From the IMG/VR virus record IMGVR_UViG_3300036820_000010, positions 1 through 64,000 of that record: a stretch of 64,000 bases of DNA; one strand, written 5' to 3'. The notes under the pieces were generated by a model, which ran no database searches, had not been told where the DNA came from, and saw nothing but the letters and a program-made list of their open reading frames with translations. Position numbers and translations under genes: made by a program. Shown here in pieces: positions 27,076 to 36,753 of this stretch. Positions within the stretch are counted from its first letter, which is position 1. Each line of letters begins with the position of its first letter. The stretch is from a virus.

Positions 27076-27752
27076 ACCCTCTGACTAACTCGAAGGCAGT
27101 ATCCCGGCAGTTCCTAGACAAACGGGATAAGATCAAAAACAACCTGAATGCTGGGCGCTTCTTTCAGGGAATCATCGCTGGAGTAAACTACTCAGCATCA
27201 CCTTTCCTAGTTCAAATTCAGCACATCGGTGAACCTGCAGTCGCCAAAGGTTGGCACGCTGTTGGAAGCACAACCTACTACCCGATCGTTGGAGACAGGG
27301 TACAGATGGTCTGGCAGGACGAAGAAAAGGCCCAAGCCGTATGGCCGATCGGGAACCCGGGCAGAACATCAAGGATGTTCAAGACGAGTGCCCAAGTTCT
27401 TGCCTCTGGGGAAAACTTCGTTCAGTTTGATTCCGTAAGTACCGACCAGATGGGCATTGCCTCGACCATTTCCTCTGGGTTCATCATTGTTGCCCCAGGA
27501 CAGTACAAAGTTGCCGGGGCCTGTGCAAGTGCGACAGGATCATCAAGATGGTTGGTCTCTATCTACCAAAACGGAACTGAGGTTGCCCGCCTACAGGACG
27601 TCGGGTCTTCAGCGTTCAACGCAGGATCTGGAACTGCAACCTTGATCTGCCAGACAGGTGACCTCATCCAACTCGGGATCTATTCTGGGACATCAGTTAA
27701 CCTGCAAACAGCATCTGGAACCAACTTCTTCGAGATCATCTGGGCACCTTAG
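27072..27752 (+). CDS. Tail fibre/receptor-binding protein with a C1q/TNF-like C-terminal domain
   Basis: VQFD..FIIVAPGQYKV..LICQTGDLIQL. Confidence 0.6.
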   Translation: MNPLTNSKAVSRQFLDKRDKIKNNLNAGRFFQGIIAGVNYSASPFLVQIQHIGEPAVAKGWHAVGSTTYYPIVGDRVQMVWQDEEKAQAVWPIGNPGRTSRMFKTSAQVLASGENFVQFDSVSTDQMGIASTISSGFIIVAPGQYKVAGACASATGSSRWLVSIYQNGTEVARLQDVGSSAFNAGSGTATLICQTGDLIQLGIYSGTSVNLQTASGTNFFEIIWAP

Positions 27753-27761
27753 AATGAAGGC

Positions 27762-28094
27762 ATGTCCGCAGGCACCTGGTCCCTATACCTAGATCCCAGG
27801 AACCGAGCAGTTGTCACTGCAGGCCCCCCAGGGTCTGACTTTCTCAACACCCAAGACCTGGTCGAATTCGACACAGATTCTGAGACCTTCAGGGTAGAGT
27901 ACCAAGAATCTTGGGCAGAAGCCCAAGCCTCAGGCCAGGACCTGTCAGTAGCCGAAGACGGGACAACGACTATAGTCCCCCACCTCCCGACTGCTTCTGA
28001 CCTCAAGGTCGCCCGCCTGAGAAACTTCCTGAATCACCCTAACCCGCAGTTGGGAGATGTCATCTCGATACTCAAAGATCAGTTAGGAGGTTGA
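27762..28094 (+). CDS. Hypothetical tail-region protein
   Basis: Operon position. Confidence 0.6.
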   Translation: MSAGTWSLYLDPRNRAVVTAGPPGSDFLNTQDLVEFDTDSETFRVEYQESWAEAQASGQDLSVAEDGTTTIVPHLPTASDLKVARLRNFLNHPNPQLGDVISILKDQLGG

Positions 28095-28095
28095 G

Positions 28096-28404
28096 ATGGC
28101 ATCTGGAGATTGGGTGACTGGATCCTACATCGTCATCTTGAGTGGATCCTTGCCCGAACTAGCCGCAGGTGAAGCAGGCGCTGCCGAAGTAACCTACAAC
28201 ATCGTCCTGCCTTCTGGGGGAACTGTCCTGAACGGAGGCTCCTCCGGACTAGCCCCCTTCTCATACCAGGCTGACGACACCCAACCCATCTCATCAGGAG
28301 CCATGGCACTCGTCGTCGCCTTAGCCCAGCATGAGAACCTACCTGTCCACCTGACGACCACCATTGTCAACCCTGACGGGACGACTTCCCCGATCACGTC
28401 ATGA
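28096..28404 (+). CDS. Hypothetical tail-region protein
   Basis: SD AGGAGG. Confidence 0.6.
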   Translation: MASGDWVTGSYIVILSGSLPELAAGEAGAAEVTYNIVLPSGGTVLNGGSSGLAPFSYQADDTQPISSGAMALVVALAQHENLPVHLTTTIVNPDGTTSPITS

Positions 28405-28826
28405 ACTCGACAGTTATCTCGTCTGCTATCTTTGCTGCAGCGGCTGTCGTTATGGGACTTGCTACTACTCTTGAAGCGTATCGAGCGGTGGTCATCACTG
28501 ACCCGTTCCGGGGCCTAGCCTCACTCGCCTTTCTGGTCTTAACTGTAACCCTGGGCTACGAAGCCTTCGCCATCGACGAGAACAAACCCAAGATCTTCCC
28601 AACCATCTCAAGGGAAACTGCACTTGCCTTCGCCAAGTTCCCGGGTATCGGACTGGTAATTATCGGGGTGGTCATGATCACTGCGGGAGCACTCTTCAAG
28701 CACTTCACCCAGCAAGACACGAAAGTCTTAGGTCAGTACACAGGCTGGATCGTCATTGGGGTAGCATGCGTCGAGATCATCGTCGGAGGAATTCTGACAA
28801 CTGTAACCCATTGGCAGGCACTGTAG
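28401..28826 (+). CDS. Four-TM membrane protein
   Basis: Hydrophobic segments. Confidence 0.65.
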   Translation: MNSTVISSAIFAAAAVVMGLATTLEAYRAVVITDPFRGLASLAFLVLTVTLGYEAFAIDENKPKIFPTISRETALAFAKFPGIGLVIIGVVMITAGALFKHFTQQDTKVLGQYTGWIVIGVACVEIIVGGILTTVTHWQAL

Positions 28827-28836
28827 GTGAACGCGG

Positions 28837-29184
28837 ATGCCGGAAGCCCTGAACTTAACTGGACTGATCAACGATGGGGGGTGGGTCTTCGCGACCATGG
28901 AGGCTATGGTCCTCCTGTATGCCTTCCTGAATGGACGAGTCGTCCAGGGGAGACTGTTCGATAGATCCCAAGGCCAGATCGACAAGATTCTGCCCGCCTT
29001 GACTTCTGTAACAGCTACACTCAAGGACGCGACTCAACTCCTCTCCCAAGTCTCTACTAGACTAGCAGCACTCGAAGCCCGAATGACGGGGACAGAAAAG
29101 AACCTCGCCAACCTAGACGGTGATATAGGCGATATGAGAGTGAACGCCGACCTGCCTTATCGAGGCCCCAGGCGAGGTGACTGA
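28837..29184 (+). CDS. TM plus coiled-coil protein (lysis region)
   Basis: N-terminal TM helix and heptad pattern. Confidence 0.6.
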   Translation: MPEALNLTGLINDGGWVFATMEAMVLLYAFLNGRVVQGRLFDRSQGQIDKILPALTSVTATLKDATQLLSQVSTRLAALEARMTGTEKNLANLDGDIGDMRVNADLPYRGPRRGD

Positions 29185-29342
29185 TGGGACTCTTCTCTTG
29201 GTGGAAGGAGTTGACTAAAGATCTCCAGTCCAACAGGGAGCAGTCCCTAGAAGAACATGAGAAGAAGATCTCGTCTGCCTTATCCCAAGCAGACAGGGTA
29301 GCCAAAGAATACCGTGAGATGGAAGAGGCACTTAAGAGATGA
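29184..29342 (+). CDS. Small coiled-coil protein (52 aa)
   Basis: MGLFSWWKELTKDL..; overlaps both neighbours. Confidence 0.5.
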   Translation: MGLFSWWKELTKDLQSNREQSLEEHEKKISSALSQADRVAKEYREMEEALKR

Positions 29343-29728
29343 GCAAGAGGATCATCTGGCCGACAGGGATCTTACTCCTGTCCTCGATTGTTCTCCTTAC
29401 CATCTACAAGTATCTAGGAGCAGTCCTAGTCGACCACGTTGTTGGAGGGATGATCATCATCATTGCCCTCGCTGACATCGTCATCTGGATTCTCTACTAC
29501 ATCACCTGGAGACAGCATCGAGACGTCGCCTTCCTAGAAGGTGAAGTCGCCCGTTTGACCTTGACCGTAGAAGGGGCGATTATGTTGGGTGGAGTAGGGG
29601 TGAACATCTATTTTCAGCATATCCTTCCCCCAGGTCTATCAGGAGTTTTGCTAGTACTAGGCCTGATCGCGATGAGCTACGCTCCCCTATTCCTCCTCAT
29701 CCAGTACGTGAGGGCGGGGTGGGCGTGA
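29339..29728 (+). CDS. Four-TM membrane protein
   Basis: Hydrophobic segments. Confidence 0.65.
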   Translation: MSKRIIWPTGILLLSSIVLLTIYKYLGAVLVDHVVGGMIIIIALADIVIWILYYITWRQHRDVAFLEGEVARLTLTVEGAIMLGGVGVNIYFQHILPPGLSGVLLVLGLIAMSYAPLFLLIQYVRAGWA

Positions 29729-29925
29729 CTCTGACCATGAACTTCAAACGCATCCTACTGCGAGTTTCAGGTAGACAGATGAGGACGAAGTTAGATGAGA
29801 ATGATAGAAAAGCCCAGGAAGCAATCAAGGAAGCCAAGAGAGTAGAAGCACTCTACAACCAATTCAAACTAGAACAGTTAGTCCAAGAAGTTCGTCGGAA
29901 TGCGGACAAAGGGAATTTTGAGTGA
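29719..29925 (+). CDS. Small coiled-coil protein
   Basis: Operon position. Confidence 0.5.
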   Translation: MGVTLTMNFKRILLRVSGRQMRTKLDENDRKAQEAIKEAKRVEALYNQFKLEQLVQEVRRNADKGNFE

Positions 29926-29931
29926 ACTAGC

Positions 29932-30330
29932 ATGGGATTCCCTCAAATCTTCATCGACGTCTTTACGGTCATATTCCTGATTGCAGTCATTTCTCTGATC
30001 ATCTTCTCTTCTGCTGAAGTCTATGATGGAACCAAGACTCTGTATGCCATAGTCAAGACAAAAGCAGAATATTCCCTCTCTGATTTTCATGGAATGATCT
30101 GGTGGTGCCGAGTTCTACGCTGGGGAGGAGTATCCAATCTAGCCTCTACCTTCCTCATGATCCTAGCCGGGATCCTAGATGCTAGGATCGCCGACAGCGT
30201 GCCCCTAGCCGACACCTTCCCTATTGTCTTATCCAACTTTTCACTAGAACTGTTCATGCTGATCATGGCCGGACGCTCTGCCTTGTTCGTGATCGCGCGG
30301 CGGATACTGTACCCAGTAAAGGAGAAATAA
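29932..30330 (+). CDS. Three-TM membrane protein
   Basis: Hydrophobic segments. Confidence 0.6.
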   Translation: MGFPQIFIDVFTVIFLIAVISLIIFSSAEVYDGTKTLYAIVKTKAEYSLSDFHGMIWWCRVLRWGGVSNLASTFLMILAGILDARIADSVPLADTFPIVLSNFSLELFMLIMAGRSALFVIARRILYPVKEK

Positions 30331-30387
30331 CTGATATGGGTTTTCCATGGTGGTGGTTCTTGACCGTGATGATGAGGGAATGGTCGT

Positions 30388-31314
30388 TTGGCTAACCTGA
30401 GTGCAGGCAGAATCAAGCCTGAGGACGTCTACACCCCTCCCACCGACGTCCTCGAGACAATCCTGAAGCCTAGAATCCAGATCCCAAGTTACCTTCTCCG
30501 CAAGATAGGGGACACCTCGACGATAAGAACTGGGTACGACTCGATCACGGCTAAGAACATCCCGGCCAACGCTTCAATCGCTATGGGCTACGGGGATGGG
30601 TTGTACCAGTGGTCGGCCGCTGACTGGGCACGGTTCTCTCAAATCACCGTCGAAATCGCAGTCAACCCGACCCACAACCTAGGTAAGGTCTACGACTGCG
30701 AGACGGGCAACGGAGAACCCGCAGATGCTGTGCCTTGGGTGAAGATGCGCAGAGCAGCAGGCATCGACCCGACCATCTACTGTGGGCAGAACTCATGGTG
30801 GGAACAGATCATCCAAGCCTTTGTGTCTGCTGGAGTCGAGCAACCCCACTACTGGGTAGCCAACTACGACGGGGTGCAAACCATCCCTGCAGGAGCGATC
30901 GCCAAGCAGTATGCGGATCCTGGGCAGTATGACCTGTCTTGCGTCGCTGCTTACTGGCCTGGGGTAGATCCGACTCCTCCCCCTACACCCACCAACAAGT
31001 CAGGAGACGAGATGAGGACCTTCATCTTCACGACTACCGGCCAGCCTGCGATCGAAGTCGACGACCGGGGAGCAACTGGAATCCCTGACCAGGTCACCTA
31101 CAAGGCGATTCTCGCCTCCAACGACGTTGATCTCTGGACCAACGTCAACCCGTCCTTCTTCACTGCAATGCTCAAGAAGTGGGCAGTAGCAACTACTCCT
31201 GCTACCGCCTCGGCTACTACCCTGACAGAGCACATCAAGGCCCTGTTCGCCAACCACGACGAGGAAGCAAACGGCCCTCTGCAGAACTGGGACCCGTCTT
31301 GGGACACCAAGTAG
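30388..31314 (+). CDS. Putative endolysin (GH25-like muramidase fold)
   Basis: DCETGN..PTIYC..YWVANYDG..AKQYA..YDLS; followed by a holin-like gene. Confidence 0.65.
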   Translation: MANLSAGRIKPEDVYTPPTDVLETILKPRIQIPSYLLRKIGDTSTIRTGYDSITAKNIPANASIAMGYGDGLYQWSAADWARFSQITVEIAVNPTHNLGKVYDCETGNGEPADAVPWVKMRRAAGIDPTIYCGQNSWWEQIIQAFVSAGVEQPHYWVANYDGVQTIPAGAIAKQYADPGQYDLSCVAAYWPGVDPTPPPTPTNKSGDEMRTFIFTTTGQPAIEVDDRGATGIPDQVTYKAILASNDVDLWTNVNPSFFTAMLKKWAVATTPATASATTLTEHIKALFANHDEEANGPLQNWDPSWDTK

Positions 31315-31317
31315 GCA

Positions 31318-31566
31318 GTGCCTGACTACTCCCCCTATATCGCAGCCGTGATCGGATTCTTGAATCTGGTTCTCGCTGCCCTCGCTGCCTTCGGGGTCAT
31401 GACTTTGACTCCGACCGAGCAGACAGCACTCTCGGCCATCTTCGCCTCACTCGGATCAGGAGCACTCCTGTTCATCCCCGTCTTCATCCACGTCAAGGCG
31501 GTAACCATGATCAAGGCGAAGAACGGAGTCTACCAGATGCCCAAGTCTTCAACCTCAGGCAAGTAG
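31318..31566 (+). CDS. Putative holin
   Basis: Two TM helices, LTPTEQTAL, basic C-terminus, after the endolysin. Confidence 0.6.
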   Translation: MPDYSPYIAAVIGFLNLVLAALAAFGVMTLTPTEQTALSAIFASLGSGALLFIPVFIHVKAVTMIKAKNGVYQMPKSSTSGK

Positions 31567-32352
31567 ATGCTAGTCACCTCAGGTACCCTGGTCAGGAGAT
31601 ACCAAGAACTCGACACCAATCCCTATGGACTAGGCAGGCACATGGTCCTAGACGCCCGCTCACTCGACTACACAGTCGAGAGAGATGAAGACAAGATGGC
31701 GACTTCGGTCAAGCCAGTTACCTGGTTGCCCTCTATCCCGATCCTTAACCAAGGCCAAGTCGGATCCTGCACCGGAAACGCCTCGACCTACCACCTGTCC
31801 AACCTGTATACCAAGAACCTACCCAAATGTGTCCTAAGCAAGGACACCCTGTCTACCTCGACACCCAACCAGAACGAGAAGTTCGCCCTAGAGGTCTACC
31901 ATGAGGCGACCACCGACGACGGCCTAGGCCCCCCTTACCCACCCAACGATCGCGGGTCATCGGGCCTCGGAGCCTCGAAGGCTATGCTCTCGGCCAAGTT
32001 GATCACCCAGTACACCTGGGCGACCACACTCGAAGGCTGGATGGTCCTGATGCAGACTAGGGGGACCATCATCGGGACTCCCTGGTACCAGGCCTTCTTC
32101 GAGCCTGACTCTAACGGGTTCATCGACTCTGACCCGTCTTGGGAGCAATCAGGCATCGCAGGTGGGCATGAGATCTACATCTGCTCTCTAGAGGCTTGGA
32201 ATCCAATAGACCCGTCTAAGTCGGTAGTCGCCTTCCCCAACTCCTGGGATACTTCCTGGGGAGACCAAGGCTATGGGAGGCTCCACCTCTCGACCTACCT
32301 CAAACTGCAGTCCCAGATAGACGTCAAGCAGTTTGAACTGACCCCTGCCTGA
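31567..32352 (+). CDS. Papain-like (C1) cysteine peptidase
   Basis: QGQVGSCTG, GGHE, NSWDTSWGDQGYG. Confidence 0.85.
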   Translation: MLVTSGTLVRRYQELDTNPYGLGRHMVLDARSLDYTVERDEDKMATSVKPVTWLPSIPILNQGQVGSCTGNASTYHLSNLYTKNLPKCVLSKDTLSTSTPNQNEKFALEVYHEATTDDGLGPPYPPNDRGSSGLGASKAMLSAKLITQYTWATTLEGWMVLMQTRGTIIGTPWYQAFFEPDSNGFIDSDPSWEQSGIAGGHEIYICSLEAWNPIDPSKSVVAFPNSWDTSWGDQGYGRLHLSTYLKLQSQIDVKQFELTPA

Positions 32353-32358
32353 GAATCC

Positions 32359-32697
32359 ATGCTAGCAGAACTCTTTCGTTGGGTTCTGCACTATACCGGG
32401 TCGGACAACGTGTCCGGACCTTGGTATGGATTCTTCTCGGGATTCGGGAGCGACCTAAGCGAAATCACTCTAGTTGGGGCAGTCGTCGCCTTCTACTGGA
32501 AACATACTTGCCACGTCGGAGGATGCTGGAGGCTAGGTCGCCTCAAGGTCGAAGGCTCAGAGTGGACTGTCTGCCACAAGCATCACCCAGAAGGTCCCCC
32601 CTCCCATCATGACATCCTGAGGCATTTTCACCAGAGGCAGGAAGAAAAGTACAAGGCCCAAGCTCACTCCAACCTAACAGGACGAGCCGAGAACTGA
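32359..32697 (+). CDS. Membrane protein with a Cys/His C-terminus
   Basis: WYGFFSGFG..CHVGGCWR..CHKHHP. Confidence 0.65.
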   Translation: MLAELFRWVLHYTGSDNVSGPWYGFFSGFGSDLSEITLVGAVVAFYWKHTCHVGGCWRLGRLKVEGSEWTVCHKHHPEGPPSHHDILRHFHQRQEEKYKAQAHSNLTGRAEN

Positions 32698-32835
32698 AAC
32701 GTACTCAACCTGCCAAGAACGGCCCCCGGCAGAGCAGGTGCTCCCTGCCGACCGGAACCTCCGGTTAAGGAGGCTGGACATCCCTGACTAGGTGTTTCCA
32801 GTTTCGACTCGACTCGCCCTGTCAAGCAGGAGATC

Positions 32836-33093
32836 CTAAACTGCGATCCCGTGGATGTCGAGGAGAACCTCGTCCCAAGGCCGCATCAGGTCCCGGGCCA
32901 TGATCTCGAGGTCGATCTCTAGGATCTCAAGAATCGCCTCTGCCTTCGAGGCCGGGATCTTCACGTTCCCTGCCTCCCACGAAGCGACATCAGGCTGAGA
33001 AGTGCGCGCGAGTGCGAGGGCCAGGGTCTCCTGGGTCATTCCTGCCCTCTTACGAAGGACAGTCAGAGTAAGAATCTCGCGTCCACGTACCAT
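32836..33093 (-). CDS. XRE-family HTH regulator
   Basis: LRKRAGMTQETLA..SQPDVASWEAG; TATAAT just upstream. Confidence 0.8.
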   Translation of the reverse strand: MVRGREILTLTVLRKRAGMTQETLALALARTSQPDVASWEAGNVKIPASKAEAILEILEIDLEIMARDLMRPWDEVLLDIHGIAV

Positions 33094-33370
33094 CTTACCA
33101 TGATTATAACACAAATATCAGGCAGCACTTAACCAGAGTTTCAGGAAGGCAGAAGTCGAATCGTGACCTAGACAACGTAGGCAAACGTTATCAGGCTCGG
33201 CTATGACCTCCTCGGCACCGAGGCAGGTCGCCCCAAAGGTCATGTTCCCGCATCGAAACATGCAGCAGTAGTGGGTCTCGTAGATATGCACTCCGCCTAC
33301 CCGGTGGAAACGAAACCCCCGTCGAGTTGATCGGACCCACGGGCCTGCCTCGAAGAAGAGTTCGCTAGGA

Positions 33371-35956
33371 CTAGTGGACGAGTCTTGGTTTCCTGTAAGC
33401 AGAGTCATTTCTTCGCTTAGAATTCGCTTCTGACTTCTCTTCTTCTGCGTCCTTCTCCTGCAAGTAAGCAGAAGAGTTCCAGGACTTCGCTTCACCCCAC
33501 CTGAGGCCCACCTTCAATTTACTGTCAAAAGGAACTCCTGTCCCAGGCAAGATCTTTTGGCCTGCCTCACTCATCGTCTTCTTGATGTAGGGGATGAGGT
33601 CTTCAACCAGGTCGTTCCTGACTTCCAAGTAAATCGCGTCATGGATAGAAAACAGGACGTAGGCCCCCTTAGGCAAGTTCTGGTGCAGGTCGATGAGGGC
33701 CCGAATACAAATGTCAGAAGCAGTACCTTGGATAGGAGAATTGAACGCCTGCCTCTCGATCGAACCTTTGTCCTTGCGTTGGACTAGGGGGAATCTGCGC
33801 CTGCGACCTAGGGGGGATTCGACCATCTTATCCCGCAAGGCCTTCGCCTTGACTGAAACCATGTAGTCCCGCAAAACAGGAAACCCGTCTAGGAACTGCC
33901 TCAAAAAGAACTCTGCCTCTTGAATCGTCCACCAATGCTTACCCGGGGGCAAGAACTCAAACTCAGACCCCTCAACTAGAGCCTTTGCTGTTCTACCGTA
34001 GAGAATCCCGAAGTCAGCCCGCTTAGCAAGGTCCCGGTCAAAATCATCGACGTCTTCTGGAGGCTTGGAAAACATCATGGCCGCAACTTCTCGGTGCACA
34101 TCCCGCCCCTCAACAAAGGTAGCTATGAGTTGAGGATCTCCGCAAAGGGCTGCTGCAACCCTGAGTTCGAGTTGCGAGAAGTCAGACTCCACCCAGGTAT
34201 ACCCTGGAGTAGGCACAAACGCCTTGCGAATCTCTGTCCCTAAGAGTTGGGGGATGTTTTGGAGATTGGGATTTGAACTTGAGATGCGTCCAGTTGCGGT
34301 CCCGATGATCCTGAAATCTGAGTGGATTCTCCCATTGTCTCCAACCCGGGCGAGGATCCCGTTGATGTAGGTCTTGAGAGTCTTTTGGCGCTCCCGGTAA
34401 TGAATGATCGCCTGGAGACCCGCCTTGACCTCAGGATCCTGGGCAGTAGTAGAAAGTGCATGCAGCACCGTCCTGTTGGTGGTCGTCGCGGATTTGGCCC
34501 GTGAACCCGATACATCACCAGTGACTTTTGCCTTAGCCGACCTCCACGTCTCGTAGACAAGTTTCTTGACCTGCAGAGGAGATCCTGGGTTGAAGTCGTC
34601 AAACCCGTACTTCTTACCTAAGACCTTGAGGTCCTGGAGTCTCTTCTCGACATCGAGTTCAACTTCCTTCTGCAGGGACTCTAAATAGGGGATATCGACC
34701 TGGACACCTCGCAACTCGATGTCAGAAAAGGCCAAGGTCGCCGGAAGAAGAAGGTCCTCGGCTACCGCGAGGAGTTTAGGGGATTCTTCTTCGACTTCAT
34801 GGCGTAACTTGGCTGCGAGTTGTGCAGTATAGTAGACATCCTTTGCCTGGTAAGCGTAGAGTTCAGGCAAGGCCACCTTCTGGTCCGCGGGCGTCATCTT
34901 GTAGTAAGCAGGAAAGTCGAAGTCATACCCGTCATCGTCGTAGTGGACCCTAGCCAAGGCCTTCAACCCATGGATCTTGAAGCGCCCAATCGGCCTTTCG
35001 TCTAGGCAGTACGACCAGGCCATGGTGTCGGCTAGACGGGGGGGATGCAAGTATTCCCCAAACAGAATATCAAGGAACTGCAGATCAAACTTCATGTTGT
35101 GCAGGACCAGAGTGCCTCTCTGCACTCCACCCATCAGAACCGCGTGCATGACGCGGAGAGAACGCGGATCTGACAAGAGGTCAGGGGGGACGATGACAGC
35201 CTGGTTCCCCGCACAGAACCCAACTGAGATGATCTTGTCTCGCAACGCCTCGACACCCATCGTCTCGATGTCACAGGACAAATAACCTGTCTGCACCGAA
35301 GACTCGACTAAGCCCGGAGGATGCCCTGAGACTCCGAGTAGAAAATCTTCTACTCCCTTCCCGGTCGCTGGAACTGTCAACTGAATATTGGGTTCTGGGA
35401 GAGGAGAATCATTCGCCAACCACTTCTCGATGTCGTTGGCGAAGTCCCGGAAGACATCAGGATCACGTAAAACGGCAGAGGGATGGTAAGTCGGGACAGT
35501 ATAGATCTGTCGCCCACCCCAAGTCGTATAGATCCCCCTGCCTCTCTGCGTCGTGATCGTGGCCATACGCGACAGACGAGTCGCTGCCGTCAACCCAACA
35601 CCCCCGACAGTCAGGATCTTCTTGGGGTTGACCAGGCAAACCTCACTCTCTAGACGGGATGCGCAAACCTGAATCGCCGAGATCCCAGGAAACTTGTTTC
35701 CTGGGGGATAACAGAGGATAGTATTAGTGAAGTAGACCTCATCGAGATCAACTCCATGCCCCTTGAGTGTCGAGCGCAAGAGTTCTCCCGCGGGTCCGAC
35801 AAAGGGAAAACCCCTAGCCGCCTCGATACCTCCTGGAGCCTCCCCTAAGATCAAGAGACCATCCCCTGACCCGTTTCCCTGGACCAGAGGACTATCCTTG
35901 AGGACACAATTCTCACATCTTGCAGGTAGGTCTGGGTTGAGTTCTCGACGAGGCAT
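33371..35956 (-). CDS. polA: Family A DNA polymerase with an N-terminal uracil-DNA-glycosylase-like domain and 3'-5' exonuclease
   Basis: CENC..GEAPG..PFVGPAG..TYHPS (UDG family 4); DIET, HNMKFD; TATGRISSSNPNLQNIP, DFSQLELR, KRADFGILYG, IQGTASD, IHDAI. Confidence 0.93.
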   Translation of the reverse strand: MPRRELNPDLPARCENCVLKDSPLVQGNGSGDGLLILGEAPGGIEAARGFPFVGPAGELLRSTLKGHGVDLDEVYFTNTILCYPPGNKFPGISAIQVCASRLESEVCLVNPKKILTVGGVGLTAATRLSRMATITTQRGRGIYTTWGGRQIYTVPTYHPSAVLRDPDVFRDFANDIEKWLANDSPLPEPNIQLTVPATGKGVEDFLLGVSGHPPGLVESSVQTGYLSCDIETMGVEALRDKIISVGFCAGNQAVIVPPDLLSDPRSLRVMHAVLMGGVQRGTLVLHNMKFDLQFLDILFGEYLHPPRLADTMAWSYCLDERPIGRFKIHGLKALARVHYDDDGYDFDFPAYYKMTPADQKVALPELYAYQAKDVYYTAQLAAKLRHEVEEESPKLLAVAEDLLLPATLAFSDIELRGVQVDIPYLESLQKEVELDVEKRLQDLKVLGKKYGFDDFNPGSPLQVKKLVYETWRSAKAKVTGDVSGSRAKSATTTNRTVLHALSTTAQDPEVKAGLQAIIHYRERQKTLKTYINGILARVGDNGRIHSDFRIIGTATGRISSSNPNLQNIPQLLGTEIRKAFVPTPGYTWVESDFSQLELRVAAALCGDPQLIATFVEGRDVHREVAAMMFSKPPEDVDDFDRDLAKRADFGILYGRTAKALVEGSEFEFLPPGKHWWTIQEAEFFLRQFLDGFPVLRDYMVSVKAKALRDKMVESPLGRRRRFPLVQRKDKGSIERQAFNSPIQGTASDICIRALIDLHQNLPKGAYVLFSIHDAIYLEVRNDLVEDLIPYIKKTMSEAGQKILPGTGVPFDSKLKVGLRWGEAKSWNSSAYLQEKDAEEEKSEANSKRRNDSAYRKPRLVH

Positions 35957-35960
35957 ACCT

Positions 35961-36290
35961 TCACTCAGGTTTCGGCATAGACGACGTCTCCGAGACAGCA
36001 GTTAGGTTCTGCAACCATGCCTCTGCTCGAGGATCCGGGATCAACTGCCAAATGCATACCGGATGAATAGATTTGACGATCTGTCCATCAACTGCACATC
36101 CAGGAGACAACTCGCAGTGCCCATCTTCCGTCCAGGCACGCAATAATTTACGCCCCTTGGTGTTCTCGACACCATCAGGGTCCTGGCATTCACCCCCGAC
36201 CAGATGGCAATCAAAGGCAGCCAACCCATGAAAATGCCGTCCACAAGACCCACAGTGATCAGTGCACGTCTGGCGTATGACTCTTGGCAT
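35961..36290 (-). CDS. FDxH-type zinc-binding phage protein
   Basis: HCGSCGRHF.GLAAFDCH. Confidence 0.6.
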   Translation of the reverse strand: MPRVIRQTCTDHCGSCGRHFHGLAAFDCHLVGGECQDPDGVENTKGRKLLRAWTEDGHCELSPGCAVDGQIVKSIHPVCIWQLIPDPRAEAWLQNLTAVSETSSMPKPE

Positions 36291-36474
36291 GTCCCCTCAC
36301 CAACTTTAAGTCTGACATCGGAAAGTCCTGGGGATAAACCAACCCCTCGACCTTGACCCGTGCCCAGGTCTTGAACACTCTCCTGACTATCCCAGGACGC
36401 GGCCTAGTAATCCCATGCCTGATCGCCAACTTCGAGTTGACGATCACCTCGTCACCTGCTTTGAAGTCTTCCAC
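36259..36474 (-). CDS. Small SH3/KOW-like protein
   Basis: FKAGDEVIV..GIVRRV. Confidence 0.5.
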   Translation of the reverse strand: MEDFKAGDEVIVNSKLAIRHGITRPRPGIVRRVFKTWARVKVEGLVYPQDFPMSDLKLVRGHAKSHTPDVH

Positions 36475-36483
36475 TTAAAGTCT

Positions 36484-36753
36484 TCAGATTAAAGGCCTCA
36501 GAGATATCTCTAGGATTTCTCGGTCAAACTCCATGTGCAGGACCTTCCCCGGGTAGTCGATGTAGACAGTCTTGAGTTCAGATCCTTCCGGTACCCCTTC
36601 GATAACTTGGGCACTGATCACACTGCCTTGAGTCAACATCCCAACCAAGAAATCGATCGAGACCAGGACTTCATTAGAACGGGGACCCTTAAAACCTGCG
36701 AACGGGGCGGTCTTGGGTTTCGGTCTCCTGACGATGTAGTCCGGAACTCGCAC
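36484..36753 (-). CDS. VPDY-motif protein
   Basis: MRVPDYIVRR; SD AGGAGG. Confidence 0.7.
   Translation of the reverse strand: MRVPDYIVRRPKPKTAPFAGFKGPRSNEVLVSIDFLVGMLTQGSVISAQVIEGVPEGSELKTVYIDYPGKVLHMEFDREILEISLRPLI

Noticed and set aside
32720-32832. tRNA gene
   Set aside because: No cloverleaf with acceptor stem and correctly spaced T-arm; no tRNA was recognised anywhere in the window by eye.
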